Notes: a model not told the origin generated them from the letters alone. Shown: positions 23,275 to 36,251, counted from the first letter of the whole stretch. The stretch is 62,948 bases of DNA, filler included, from Aduncisulcus paluster (GCA_024181965.1; 39 parts of 39 records of this genome joined end to end with filler, not necessarily neighbours in it); one strand, 5' to 3'. A program made the numbers and translations.

Positions 23275-24425
23275 TCAGGAAGTGAGCAGCGCGCGGCTCA
23301 TCACGACGCGCTGAATCTGGTTGGTGCCTTCATAGATCTGGGTGATCTTGGCGTCGCGCATCATCCGCTCCACGGGGAAGTCGGTGGTGTATCCGGCGCC
23401 ACCGAACAGCTGCACGGCATCGGTGGTGACCTCCATGGCCACATCGCTGGCGAAGCACTTGGACGCCGACGAGATGAAACCCAGGTTCTTTTCGCCACGT
23501 TCGGCGCGGGCGGCGGCGGTGTAGACCATGAGGCGCGCGGCCTCGACCTTCATCGCCATATCGGCCAGCATGAACTGCACGCCCTGGAAGTCGCTGATGG
23601 ACTTGCCGAACTGCTTGCGGTCCTTGGTGTACGCGATGGCCTGGTCCAGTGCACCTTGGGCGATACCGAGCGCCTGGGCGCCGATGGTCGGGCGGGTGTG
23701 GTCCAGCGTCTGCAACGCGGTCTTGAACCCGGTGCCGGGCTCACCGATGATCCGGTCGCCCGGGATGCGGCAGTTCTCGAAGTACAGCTCGGCGGTCGGC
23801 GAGCCCTTGATGCCGAGCTTGTGCTCCAGCGGTCCGACGGTGAATCCCTCGTCGTCCTTGTGCACCATGAACGCCGAGATGCCGNNNNNNNNNNNNNNNN
23901 NNNNGATCCAGCACTTGGAACCGTTGATGATCCAGTCGTCGCCGTCGGCCTTCGCGCGGGTGCGCATGCTCGCGGCGTCACTGCCTGCCTCACGCTCGGA
24001 CAGCGCGTAGGAGGCCATGGCCTCGCCGCTGGCGATCGAGGGCAGCACCTGCTTCTTGAGCTCATCGGAGCCATTGAGGATCAGACCCATGGTGCCGAGC
24101 TTGTTGACGGCGGGGATCAGCGAGGACGAGGCGCAGACCCGGGCCACCTCTTCGATGACGATGCAGGCGGCCACGCTGTCGGCGCCCTGACCGTCGTACT
24201 CCTCGGGCACGTGCACGGNNNNNNNNNNNNNNNNNNNNNNNNNNNNNNNNNNNNNNNNCCCGAGGCGACCAGCGCGTCGAGGGCCTCTTGCGGGAATCGT
24301 GCCTTTTCGTCGACGTCCTTGGCGTGCGGTGCGATCTCTTTTTCGGCCAGTCCCCGGATGGCCGCACGCAGCTCGTCGTGCTCCTCGCCCAACTTGAACA
24401 GGTCAAACGACGGGTTCCCAGCCAT
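23275..24425 (-). CDS. Acyl-CoA dehydrogenase (FadE25-like), with gaps
   Basis: ALSEREAGSD, KDRKQFGK, QLFGGAGY, QIYEGTNQIQR; downstream of purE as in mycobacteria. Confidence 0.92.
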
Positions 24426-24482
24426 CACAGCCTCCAGAGTCGATCAAAGTTAGTCGCCGTTAACTGTACGTCACGCTCAAAT

Positions 24483-24983
24483 CTAGTCCTCCAACAGTCT
24501 GCGCCGCAGGGCCTCGTCTTTCTCCAAAACGGTGGCTTCCATGCTCGCCTGGAAGGCAACGACCTTGTCCCGCAGTGCGGTATCGGACACCCCGAGGATT
24601 CGCGCGGCAAGCAGTCCGGCGTTGCGGGCGCCGCCGATGGACACCGTCGCGACCGGCACACCCGCGGGCATCTGCACGATCGACAGCAGCGAGTCCAGGC
24701 CGTCCAGCCGCGCCAGCGGCACCGGAACACCGATCACCGGCAGCGGCGTGGCAGAGGCCACCATGCCGGGCAGATGCGCCGCGCCGCCGGCGCCGGCGAT
24801 GATCACCTCGATACCCCGCCCGGCCGCCGACTGCGCGTACTCCAGCATGCGTCCCGGTGTGCGGTGCGCGGAGACAACTCCCACCTCAAAGGGAATCTCA
24901 AACTCCGCCAAGGCGTTCGCGGCATCCGACATCACCGACCAGTCGCTGTCGCTGCCCATGATCAGGCCGACCCGTGCGCTCAC
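24483..24983 (-). CDS. purE: N5-CAIR mutase
   Basis: [23 protein letters not shown]. Confidence 0.97.
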   Translation of the reverse strand: MSARVGLIMGSDSDWSVMSDAANALAEFEIPFEVGVVSAHRTPGRMLEYAQSAAGRGIEVIIAGAGGAAHLPGMVASATPLPVIGVPVPLARLDGLDSLLSIVQMPAGVPVATVSIGGARNAGLLAARILGVSDTALRDKVVAFQASMEATVLEKDEALRRRLLED

Positions 24984-24986
24984 GTT

Positions 24987-26197
24987 CTAGTGTCCTTCCC
25001 ATCCATCGGTCCATACCGCGTGCGACAACCAGTGCGCCGCCCGCTCGGCGCGCTCACGCACCTCCGCCACATACTGCGGATCCGCCAGCGAACCATCCAC
25101 GCGGCCTTGAATATTCACATGCCCGAGCTTGCGGCCCGGGCGCTCGCCCTTGCCGTACAGGTGCACCTTCGCCTCCGGGATGCGGCCCATCAGGTGGTGC
25201 ATCCGTTCGTCGAGCGACATCGCGGGCGTCTCGCGCGCACCGAGCACGTTCGCCATGACGGTCACCGGGGCCAGCGGCTCGGTGGATCCGAGCGGGTAAT
25301 CGAGCACGGCACGCAGGTGCTGCTCGAACTGCCCCGTGCGCGCACCGTCCATGCTCCAATGTCCCGAGTTGTGCGGCCGCATCGCCAATTCATTGACCAG
25401 CAGCCGGCCGTCATTGGTTTCGAACAGCTCCACCGCCAGGCACCCCGTCACGCCAAGCTCGCTGGCGATCCGCAGTGCGAGCTGTTCGGCCTGCAGGGCC
25501 AGTTCCTCGGGCAGCTCCGGCGCCGGAGCGATCACCACAGCGCAAATGCCATCGCGCTGAACGGTTTCCACCACCGGCCAGGCGGCTCCCTGCCCGAAGG
25601 GTGAACGGGCGACCATGGCCGACAGTTCACGGCGCATGTCGACGCGCTCCTCGGCGAGAAGCTCGACACCCGCAGCCAGCTGNNNNNNNNNNNNNNNNNN
25701 NNNNNNNNNNNNNNNNNNNNNNNNNNNNNNNNNNNNNNNNNNNNNNNNNNNNNNNNNNNNNNNNNNNNNNNNNNNNNNNNNNNNNNNNNNNNNNNNNNNN
25801 NNNNNNNNNNNNNNNNNNNGCCGCGTACCGCCTTCAGTCCGACCTGGCCACCCGTCTCCGCGGCGAATCGATCGACATCGGAGACGGTCCGGATGTCGGC
25901 GAATCCCGGCACCGGCGCGCCGATGTCCCGCAGCTTGCGCCGCATGAACGTCTTGTCCTGTGCGTAGATGAGCGCCGATGGCGGCGGCTGCACGTTGACG
26001 CCCTCGTCCTGCAGGGTTTCCAGGAACGCGGTGGGGACATGCTCGTGATCGAAGGTGACCACGGTGGCGTCCTTGGCCGCGCGGCGTAGGTCGTCCAGAT
26101 CGGTATGCGAACCAAGGACTACATCGGGGGTTACTTGGGCCGCCGGTTCGTCGGCGGCGTGGGCCAGAACCCGCAGGGTCTGACCGAGTGCGATCGA
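24987..26197 (-). CDS. purK: N5-CAIR synthetase, partial with gap
   Basis: 'TFDHEHVP', 'NELAMRPHNSGH', 'RPGRKLGH'. Confidence 0.95.
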
Positions 26198-26297
26198 NNN
26201 NNNNNNNNNNNNNNNNNNNNNNNNNNNNNNNNNNNNNNNNNTTAATTAATTAANNNNNNNNNNNNNNNNNNNNNNNNNNNNNNNNNNNNNNNNNNNN

Positions 26298-26597
26298 CAA
26301 GGCCAGGGTGGTGAGGAGCGGGAAGCCAACGGCGCAGCCGATCGCGACCACCGCCAGCGCGCCCCAATCCGAACGCGCAGGCAGTGGGCTGCGTGCCGTA
26401 CCGAGGGCAATGAGCGCAATGACGGCGGCAGCGGTGCCGCGTATGCCCGTGGCACTCCAGGGGCCGAAGCCCTCCAATGCCCATGCCGTCGCCGGGAAAC
26501 TGAGCGAGAACGCCAGTACGCCGAGCGCGGCCAGCACTGTCCCCCGGGTCAGTGGCGGTGTTCTCGCGTCTACAGTAGCGCTACTATGATATTTCAT
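26298..26597 (-). CDS. DMT (EamA) transporter, N-terminus
   Basis: 'LGVLAFSLSFPAT', 'VGFPLLTTLAL' hydrophobic helices. Confidence 0.8.
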
Positions 26598-27427
26598 GAA
26601 TGACGATAGCAGTCATCGACAGGTCGCCCAACTGGTTCGCGCGGAAATCTTGGCGCTATCACCTGGTACGCGCATCGCCAGTCACCGCGAACTAGTGCGA
26701 CGCTTCCGCGTCAGCGCCAGCACAGTCGCCGACGCGCTATCGCTGCTGGCGCAGCAGGGCCTCATCGAGGCCCGCCCCGGTGCGGGCTCGTTTCGCACCG
26801 AGAACCGCCCGACACCGCGACCGGGTGATACCTCGTGGCAAGAGACGGCACTCGAGCTGAACCCACAAGACGATTCCGCACACGGGGTTCGACGCGTGTT
26901 CGACGCCCCTGGCCTGCTGGCTACCCTGGCGCCCAGCACCGCCGACGTCATCGACCTCAACGGCGGATACCTGCACCCGGATCTGCAACCACTGTCCATG
27001 CTCACTGCGTCGCTCTCCCGTGCCGCTCGGCGGACGCAGGCATGGGACCGTCCCCCACCGGGCGGGCTCCCCGAGCTGCGGGACTGGTTCGCCGCCGAGC
27101 TCGGCGGAGGACTGGGCCGCCAGGACATTCTGATCTGCGGTGCGGGCCAGAACGCACTGGCCACCTCGTTGCGGGCGCTATGCCAGCCGGGCGATCCCGT
27201 GCTGCTCGAATCGCCGTGTTACCCGGGCGCCACCGCAGCGGCACGCGCCGCGGCGCTGCGACCAATCGCTATCCCCCTGGACAACAACGGCATTCGACCC
27301 GACCGACTCGACGAGGCACTGTCGCACACCGGTGCCCGTGTCATCGTCGTGCAGCCCGTCTTCCAAAACCCGACGGGCGCCAGCCTGACCCCGCGGCGCC
27401 GAGACGAGATCCGGGACATCGCCCGCC
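26596..27427 (+). CDS. GntR/MocR-family PLP-dependent transcriptional regulator, partial
   Basis: HTH 'IASHRELVRRFRVSASTV...RPGAGSF' plus aminotransferase-like 'ESPCYPG', 'FQNPTG'. Confidence 0.9.
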
Positions 27428-27527
27428 NNNNNNNNNNNNNNNNNNNNNNNNNNNNNNNNNNNNNNNNNNNNTTAATTAATTAANNNNNNNNNNNNNNNNN
27501 NNNNNNNNNNNNNNNNNNNNNNNNNNN

Positions 27528-28596
27528 TGCCCTCATTGCCGCTCTTGTCCAGACCGACGTCCCACACCCGATCTTGGCGCTGTTCGCCGAGCAGGGCAGC
27601 GCCAAGAGCACAACCACACGCATGCTGGTCGATCTCATCGACCCGTCACCGGTTCCCCTACGGCAGGCACCGCGTGATTCCGATTCGTGGGTCACTGCGG
27701 CGTCCGGGTCGTGGGTTGTTGCCTTGGACAATCTGTCGACGATTCCGCCCTGGTTGTCGGATTCCCTGTGCCGTGCCGCCACAGGCGACGGCAACGTCAA
27801 ACGGGCGTTGTACACGGACTCCGATCTCGCGGTGATCAAATTCCGGCGGTGCGTCATCATCAACGGCATCGACGTCGGCGCAGTGCGACCCGACCTCGCG
27901 GAGCGACTGGCGACAGTCGACCTGCGACGCATTGATCGCCACATGCGACAACCGGAAGCCACGATGCGACAACAGTGGCGCACGGCTCTACCAGGCATTT
28001 TGGGCGGGCTTCTTGATCTGGCCGCCGTGGTTCATCAACGGCTGGAAACCATTTCGGTCGACGTGTCGCCACGGATGGCGGACTTCAGTCGCACGCTGGC
28101 GGCCGTTGACGAGATTCTGTCGACCCATGGCTTCCGGCGTTACTTGTCACGCGCCAGTCAACTCTCCGAGGACAGCCTGTCCGCCGACCCGTTCATCGAA
28201 CAGCTAAGGCTGCACATCCGGGAACCACTCATCGGAAAGTCCGGCGGCGACCTGCTGGCGACAGTCACGCCGACCGGCGACACCTGGCGCAGACCAAAGG
28301 AGTGGCCTCGGAACGGCCGGGATGTCACAGCCGTCCTGCGACGGCACGCACCTGCGCTCCGGAGTCTGGGTTGGGCGATCGAAGACGATGGCGCTCGAAA
28401 TCATCGGAACGTGCTGCTGTGGACCATCTATCCGCCCTACAAAGATGTGTCGGCCAAACAACCCTCGCAATCCTCGCGTCCCTCGCGCATTTCGGCTCCG
28501 CGTGAGCTGTCGTCCTTTGTTCAAGATCTGCCGGCGCCCCGCCAGACCATCCCGAACAAGCATTCGGGCGACAATCTCGACGTCGAGGCCTCATGA
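27528..28596 (+). CDS. P-loop ATPase of integrative/prophage-like element (replication-associated), partial
   Basis: Walker A-like AEQGSAKST, 'ALDNLS', 'SDSLCRAATG', 'RALYTD', 'PRMADF'. Confidence 0.65.
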
Positions 28597-28669
28597 CCGC
28601 GCTCGTCGTCACGGCTGCGCCGGACCTTTCGGGCACAATCAGCACCACGTCCCTCTACGTGAGGAGTTG

Positions 28670-28855
28670 GTGTCCGTGAGCGCGCAATTCGAGGCGATCG
28701 CCCAGGCGGTCATCCACGACTGGCCTGACTACGGGTGGTCCGGCCGATTGGAGGCGGCCATCAAGCAGCTGTATCTGTCAGAACTTACTTATCCGGCAAC
28801 ATGGTCCAGCGACCGTTGCGAGGAGTTCGCAGAGAGCCACGCCGGCGACGACGCG
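28670..28855 (+). CDS. Hypothetical protein, N-terminus
   Basis: GAGGAG RBS then GTG; open to the contig end. Confidence 0.45.
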
Positions 28856-28955
28856 NNNNNNNNNNNNNNNNNNNNNNNNNNNNNNNNNNNNNNNNNNNNT
28901 TAATTAATTAANNNNNNNNNNNNNNNNNNNNNNNNNNNNNNNNNNNNNNNNNNNN

Positions 28956-29191
28956 ATTGAAGAGTGTGCATCAAGCTCATGTAATAGTCCATTAATTGCT
29001 TTATCAACTATTTTATCTAGCTTTACATCATCAACATATAAAAGTTCAACGGCTGCAATAACTTTTTGTAATTTTGTATACGATTCTAGTCGTGTTGGTT
29101 CTGGTTCTTCTATCTCTTTTTGGCTTGTATTTTCAGCGAAAAGTAGTGTTGATAATAATATCGATACTGAAAATACTAAAAACTTTTTCAT
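28956..29191 (-). CDS. S41 carboxyl-terminal protease, N-terminus
   Basis: Signal peptide; 'YVDDV...KAINGLL.ELDAHS'. Confidence 0.85.
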
Positions 29192-29281
29192 ATGTTTCTA
29201 TCCTTTAGATTTTTATTTAATTATAGCTAATTAATGATATAATAAGTCTTTAATAAATTTGAATTACAGGGACTAACTACT

Positions 29282-30117
29282 ATGGAAAAAGAACTTGAAA
29301 GTATGCAACAGTTTTACAATATTATTATAGAATTTTTTGTAAATTATAGTTTTCAAATTATAGGCGCAATAATAATACTTTTTATAGGTTTTTTTATTGC
29401 TAAAAGAGTTGCTGGTTTTATTGAAAAATTTTGTCTTCACAAAAATATGGATGAAACGCTTGTAAGGTTTATCGCTTTAACTGTCAAGATTACAATCATT
29501 GCAGGAGTTGCAATTATTGCCTTAGGGAAGTTAGGAATTGCTATTACCCCTTTTGTTGCTGCAATTGGTGCTCTTTCTTTGGGAGCTGGGTTGGCATTGC
29601 AAGGGTTACTTTCAAATTTTGGAGCAGGGGTATCTATAATCGCTACTCGACCTTTTGTTGTTGGAAACACAATCACAATTCAAGGATACACAGGAGTTGT
29701 GAAAATAATAAAATTAGCTTATACTGTTTTAGAAACAGAAGATAAAGAGCAAATAACTATTCCTAATAAGCATATCGTAGGTGAAATACTTTGTAATTCT
29801 TTTGAGTACACAATTGTAGAGATGAGTGTTGGAATTGAATATGATAGTGATCCTAAAAAAGCAATCACAATCATTTCAGAGGTTTTAGAAGGTTTTGAAG
29901 AGATCTCAAAAGAGGTAAAAGCACAAGTAGGTATAAAAGAGTTTGCTGATGCATCTATTAATATAGAGCTTCGATATTGGGCANNNNNNNNNNNNNNNNN
30001 NNNNNNCAACAATACAATGAAGTACAATATAAAGTAAATCTTGCTGTTTTTGAAGCACTCAAGGAAAATAATATCACAATACCATTTCCAACTATAAACA
30101 TAGTAAGAGATTTATAA
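29282..30117 (+). CDS. MscS mechanosensitive channel
   Basis: 'GLALQGLLSNFGAG', 'RPFVVG', 'IPN'; post-gap 'ITIPFP' ends at TAA 30117. Confidence 0.9.
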
Positions 30118-30130
30118 AAAGGGGCAAATT

Positions 30131-30885
30131 ATGAAAATATTTTTCCAGCCATTGTTAAAAAAAACAATAATTTTTTTATTGTTTTTATATTCTGTTTTAG
30201 GTTTTATGCTTATCCCTTATTTGATACAAAGCAATTTAACTTCTATTGTTAAAAAGCAGTTAAATGCTGATGCTTATTTAGGAAGTGTTCATATTAACCC
30301 TTTTACATTTGAAGTGCAACTTAAAAATTTTCTTTTAAAAGATGAAACAGGAAAAACACTTTTTTATTTTGGGAAATTAAATTTTGATTTTGAACTTTTA
30401 AATTTACTTCAAAATGAGATAAAATTAAAAAACTTGCTCCTTGATAATGTAAAAAGTTCTTTAGTCTTAGATAAAGATAACACCTTTAACTTTAATCATA
30501 TTTTAACACACATCGCAAAAAATACACCAAAAGAAAAAAATGTAAAAGTAGAAACAAAATCATCATTTCTTTTAAGTTTAGATGCAGTTGATCTTATAAA
30601 TATCAGAATAAATTTTATTGATGAATTGCAATCGAGCTCCTCTAGTCTATCAATCAACACTCTTTCAAGTAAAATCAAACTATCACAAAGAGATGATTCT
30701 CTTAACCTAAATATAGATGATTTTAATCTCAAAATTCCACAAATGAGTTTTTTGGATCAGCGATTTGAAATAGAGATGAAAGATCTGCATCATTCAATTA
30801 AAAATATAAATTTGACTCAATCAGACTTGAACACTTATACAATAGATGATTTGATTCTTACCACTAAAAGTTTGAGTTTTAAAGA
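30131..30885 (+). CDS. DUF748/AsmA-like protein, partial
   Basis: N-terminal TM, 'GF..IPY', 'INPFT', beta-rich body. Confidence 0.7.
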
Positions 30886-31114
30886 NNNNNNNNNNNNNNN
30901 NNNNNNNNNNNNNNNNNNNNNNNNNNNNNTTAATTAATTAANNNNNNNNNNNNNNNNNNNNNNNNNNNNNNNNNNNNNNNNNNNNATATAATGTTTTCAA
31001 ATCATTAATATGTAAGTTTACATCGTGATTGAGCTGTATGTAATCTTTAGCAAAAAGCGGTGACAATGTTGATAATAATAAAAAATTTCTTCTATTCATA
31101 GTCGTGATATTATC

Positions 31115-31489
31115 CTAACTTAGCTTTGAAACTACATTTGAGTAAAAAGGTAAAAAGTCATTTAACTCAAGCTTTGCATCTCTTTGTTTTACTCCCCAAG
31201 TGGGTTCAGGGAAATAACTATCTTCTTTAAAACGAGCCTGTATATGAAAATGAACATGTGGACAGTAGTTACCAAATGAAGCAATATTTATTTTATCTGC
31301 TTGAAAATAGGCAATCATCTCTTTTTCAATAATATCTAAACATCTCCAGATCTCATTTTTTGTTTCTGTATCACAAGAACTAAACTCTTTGATATCTTTT
31401 TGCGTAAATATTTTGAGCCAAGGTATCTCGTGTTTTTCAATTTCGATTTTTACTAAATCATTTTGGTAAATAATTAAATCGTCCATCAT
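31115..31489 (-). CDS. HIT-family protein
   Basis: 'KINIASFGN..PHVHFH'. Confidence 0.88.
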   Translation of the reverse strand: MMDDLIIYQNDLVKIEIEKHEIPWLKIFTQKDIKEFSSCDTETKNEIWRCLDIIEKEMIAYFQADKINIASFGNYCPHVHFHIQARFKEDSYFPEPTWGVKQRDAKLELNDFLPFYSNVVSKLS

Positions 31490-31749
31490 ACAACCATTTT
31501 GATATGTTCATGGTCGCCTAAAATTTTGTAAAGCTCTTTTCTGTCTTCTTCATCTTCAACTATACAATCCAATGTATAACTTTTGAATTTTCCTTTACTA
31601 CTTACTTTTGAAGGTTTAACACCGTGTTTTCTATCATCTAGAACCTCTTTGATGATCTTTTTGATATTTTGTTCATTTCGTATCACTAATTTATATGTCC
31701 AATTACATGGATAATCTAACTCTAATTTATGTTGACTTAAATCTATCAT
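31486..31749 (-). CDS. DUF493 (YbeD/HP0495-like) protein
   Basis: 'LDYPC.W.YK', 'SSKGKFKSY'. Confidence 0.85.
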   Translation of the reverse strand: MIDLSQHKLELDYPCNWTYKLVIRNEQNIKKIIKEVLDDRKHGVKPSKVSSKGKFKSYTLDCIVEDEEDRKELYKILGDHEHIKMVV

Positions 31750-32209
31750 CTTTGAAAATCTCCTGTTTTCCCACCACTTTTATGTTCAAGTTTTACTTCA
31801 CTAATTATCATCCCTTTGTCTATTGCTTTTACCATATCATAAATAGTTAAAAGTCCTATAGATACTCCTGTAAGTGCTTCCATCTCCACACCTGTTTTTC
31901 CTGCTAGTTTTGTAGTAACCGTAAGCTTAAAACCTGGAAGTTCTGGTAACTCTTCGACATCACAGTTGATACCACTTAGTAGAAGAGGATGACACATTGG
32001 AATAAGCTCAGGTGTTTTTTTTGTTCCCATGATTGCAGCTATAACTGCTGTTTGAATTACAGGACCTTTTTTGTTTTCATTTGAGATAATATTTTTGTAA
32101 GCTTCATGATTCATAGTGATGATTCCACTTGCAATTGCTACTCGTGTTGTGTTTTCTTTTTCTGATACATCTACCATTTTGGGTCGATTGTTCTCATCTA
32201 AATGTGTTA
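31746..32209 (-). CDS. moaC: Cyclic pyranopterin monophosphate synthase
   Basis: [38 protein letters not shown]. Confidence 0.96.
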
Positions 32210-32309
32210 NNNNNNNNNNNNNNNNNNNNNNNNNNNNNNNNNNNNNNNNNNNNTTAATTAATTAANNNNNNNNNNNNNNNNNNNNNNNNNNNNNNNNNNN
32301 NNNNNNNNN

Positions 32310-32604
32310 GCTTGATTCCGCCACCGAGGGCCGTCATACCCAGCAGCAACAACCCCGCCCAGCTGATCAGGTCTGCGGCACCATCACCACTGCGGTACAG
32401 GTTGTGCAGCGCGGCCACCGCACCGACCACCAGTACACCTCCAGCAGCGAAAGCAGCCAGCCGACGACCAAAGTTGGATTCGGAACTGGATTCGTGAGCA
32501 CGATCACGTGCGGGCAACTTCTGCGCCACCGCAGCAGAACGAGCAAGATCGCGGCATTCTGTCACCGCTGTCAGCTGTTCAGTTGATCGATCGTTCCCCG
32601 ACAC
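32310..32604 (-). CDS. Possible membrane protein, partial
   Basis: Two hydrophobic segments; start uncertain. Confidence 0.3.
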
Positions 32605-32813
32605 GACGCCTCCGTTAACTTCTGCAAAGCCCTCAGGGACATGACACTACGCCCAGCCAGGAACAGCTGTCCACGTGGATAGCAAACATCTAGATTGCGA
32701 CAGAGATGCCGGTGCGCAAGAATCGCCCAGCAGTGACGAACGTGTATCGCCCAGATGCGAGCACACCGCCTGGCAACAGCCACACTTCGCAGCTCAACCG
32801 GCAGGGAGTCTGA

Positions 32814-33089
32814 ATGAACCCACTCATCGAACACCTAGATGTGGCAACAATCACGTTTCTCGCAGTCACGCTGTTCGTTTTGTCGCTTGTCGGTTCAGTG
32901 TTGGTCGTACATGGCACTGTCAAAAAGAACGACTGGGGCATCTGCTTGTCTGCACCTCGGTGCCCGAAGTGCAGTGTGCCGATGCCACAGATCCGGGCAC
33001 CGAGGTCTTTTCGACAGACGATGTGGGGTGGAGGCACCTGCAGCCAGTGCGATATTGAAGTGGATAAGTGGGGACGGGAACGCTCCTAG
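32814..33089 (+). CDS. Small TM plus zinc-ribbon protein
   Basis: GGAG RBS; TM helix then CPKC...WGGGTCSQC...DKWG. Confidence 0.6.
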   Translation: MNPLIEHLDVATITFLAVTLFVLSLVGSVLVVHGTVKKNDWGICLSAPRCPKCSVPMPQIRAPRSFRQTMWGGGTCSQCDIEVDKWGRERS

Positions 33090-33424
33090 AGGAGCTCACC
33101 CGATAAGGGCCGGTTCGTTGGTTTGTCGTCAACGTCGATGGGATAACCCTCGAGCATTGTCGCGGTGACATTCACGCAATAGACCTGGCCCCCACTGTCG
33201 CTTATCCAGCATCGCTGGGTTACGCCCTTCCACCGCGCAGGGGCCATCGCATTTCGAGGAAGCCAGAGTAATACCGACCTTGGTGGTGAGGGCATTTGAG
33301 ACACCGCTAGCAAGCTTCTCTATCNNNNNNNNNNNNNNNNNNNNNNNNNNNNNNNNNNNNNNNNNNNNTTAATTAATTAANNNNNNNNNNNNNNNNNNNN
33401 NNNNNNNNNNNNNNNNNNNNNNNN

Positions 33425-33967
33425 AAAAATTTCACAAGCTACTTTAGCACCCTCACCATTTGCAATAGCAAACATAGTTTTAGCACCACTAGCAAGTCCT
33501 GCAACATATAAGTTTTCAGAAATTTTATTGTCGTTATTATCAAGTGCTACTTTTCCTGGTTTCATAACATCTGAGTGTGTGATAACATTTGTTAACTCAC
33601 AATCAATCTCAAACTTATGCATACCCGTTGCTATTACAACTACTTTTGCTATATATGACTCGTTTTGTGTAGTCACTACAAAAGTATCTCCATCTTTTGA
33701 TAGTTTTATTACAGTGTCATTTTTTGTTTCACACGATTTAAAGTTAGATAGTTGTGCTTGCATCTTTGCATATAACTCATCTCCACCTATACCAAACTGT
33801 ACACCAGCAAGGTTAAAAAAACTTGCATTTAAGATATCGCTTTTACCATTATCTATCATAAGGTATTTTTTGTCTTTTGCCCATTCTTGTGTGTTTTCTA
33901 CTGATGCTAGAGTTAAAGCACATCCATAACCTGCTGCTCCACCACCTATAATTAATACATCATACAT
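33425..33967 (-). CDS. FAD/NAD(P)-dependent oxidoreductase (short thioredoxin-reductase-like)
   Basis: 'DVLIIGGGAAG', 'VIATG', 'LYVAG'. Confidence 0.8.
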
Positions 33968-34041
33968 ATTTATCCTATTTTGTAACATTTTAATTTTATT
34001 ATAGCTATTTTTTACTTATTTTTATGTTTTTGAATAAATGA

Positions 34042-34463
34042 CTATTTATGAAGTAAATTATTCATCTCATCCTCTGTAAGAGTTTTTACTCCTAAAGTCA
34101 CTGCTTTGTCATATTTACTTCCTGCATCTTTTCCATATACTAAATAGTCAGTTTTTTTTGAAACACTTCCAGATACTTTTGCACCTAACGCTTCAAGTTC
34201 TTTTTTCACTACACCACGACTTACAGACATAGTCCCTGTTAAAACTACTGTTTTGTCTTTAAATGGATTTTCAAGAACTTCTACTTTTTCTTCTATAGTT
34301 GGCTCAATGATTTCAAAAAGTTTTTCAATTAATGGTTTATTTACTCGTATAAATTCAAGTAAAGAGTTAGCCATCTGTTCCCCTATACCATCGAGCTGTT
34401 CTAGTTGTTCCCTTGTCACATTTAAAATATTTTTTCCAAACTCTAAACAAATTTGTTTACTAG
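34042..34463 (-). CDS. ligA: NAD-dependent DNA ligase, C-terminus (HhH and BRCT)
   Basis: 'DGIGEQMA', 'VVLTG', 'SVSKKTDY...AGSK'. Confidence 0.93.
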
Positions 34464-34614
34464 NNNNNNNNNNNNNNNNNNNNNNNNNNNNNNNNNNNNN
34501 NNNNNNNTTAATTAATTAANNNNNNNNNNNNNNNNNNNNNNNNNNNNNNNNNNNNNNNNNNNNCCTACTACAGGGGCTTTTTCTTAGATTTTAAACCTTT
34601 TCAGATTATTTATC

Positions 34615-36251
34615 TTAGTGACTAACTGCACCATCAGCTCCGAAACCAGTTTCAGATCTAACTTTTTGTGCTTCAAATGCTTCAATTTCACTTTTTGCTC
34701 TTTGCGAGTTATCAGTAATAGAGAAGAACCAAATACTTATAAATGCAACTGTTACCGAGAATAACGCTGGGTAAGCATAAGGGAAAATTGGTTCTGCATT
34801 ATGAAGTACACCAACCCAAACAACAGGACCAATTATAACTAAAATAATCGCTGTACATAGACCCATCATACCACCTATAAATGCACCTCTTGTTGTCAAT
34901 TTAGACCAGTAAATTGATAAGAAAAGAATTGGGAAGTTAGCAGACGCTGCAATAGCAAATGCAAGACCAACCATAAATGCAATATTTTGTTTTTCAAAAG
35001 CAATTCCAAGGATAACACCTACAACACCAATAACAATAACTGATATTTTAGAAACTCTCATCTCTTTAGCTTCATCAGCTTTTCCATCACAAATTACATT
35101 TGAATAGATATCATGAGAAATCGCAGAAGCACCAGCAAGCGTAAGACCAGAAACAACAGCTAAAATAGTAGCAAATGCAACTGCTGAGATAAATCCTAAG
35201 AATATATCACCACCAACAACTTTAGATAAATGAATAGCTGCCATATTTCCACCACCAAATAACTTTCCATCTACAAAAAATTCTGGAGAGTTTTCAGGAG
35301 TTAAGTATACAATAGCACCTAAACCAACAATAGCAATTACTAAATAAAAGTAACCAATAAAACCTGTTGCATATACAACTGATTTTCTAGCTTCTTTAGC
35401 ATTACCAACAGTAAAGAATCTCATAAGTACATGTGGAAGACCAGCAGTACCAAGCATCAATGCTAAACCTAAAGATATAGCAGAAACAGGATCAGTAATT
35501 TTACCTTTATCTGATGGAGCCATTATATTTTGTCCCCAAGCATGTGTATCAACAGCTTTTGCAGCTAACGCCTCAAAAGAGAAACCAAAATTTGATAAAA
35601 TCATAAATGCCATAAAACTAACACCAGATAATAATAAAACAGCTTTTATAATTTGTACCCATGTAGTAGCAAGCATACCACCAAATGTTACATAAATAAT
35701 CATCATAACACCTACAAGTACAACAGCCCACTCATAAGGAAGACCAAATAATACTTGAATAAGTTTACCAGATCCAACCATTTGTGCAATTAAGTATAAA
35801 GCAACAACTGAAATAGAACCAAATGCAGCAAGTGTTCTAATCTCTTTTTGACCTAGTCTATAAGNNNNNNNNNNNNNNNNNNNNNNNNNNNNNNNNNNNN
35901 NNNNNNNNNNNNNNNNNNNNNNNNAAATCCAACAGCATATACAAGACCATCATACCCTTGTAAGTAAACAAGACCAGTAATACCAAGGAAAGATGCAGCA
36001 GACATATAATCTCCAGCAATCGCCATACCATTTTGGAATCCTGTAATTCCACCACCTGCTGTATAAAAATCACTTGCAGATTTTGTTTTAGATGCTGCCC
36101 AATAAGTCACACCTAATGTTGCAGCAACAAAAATAAAGAACATAATAATCGCTGGGATATTTAACTCTTTTGCTTTTGCTTCTAACCCTAAACTTTCACC
36201 TGCTGCAAATAGAGCAACTGATGTTAAAGCTAATAACGCTAATAATCTCAT
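34615..36251 (-). CDS. actP: Cation/acetate symporter (SSS family), with gap
   Basis: '[11 protein letters not shown]', '[15 protein letters not shown]'; DUF485 gene upstream. Confidence 0.92.

Noticed and set aside
22658..28903. Many overlapping antisense or alternate-frame ORFs (e.g. 24288-25604)
   Set aside because: Shadow ORFs of high-GC coding sequence opposite recognisable genes
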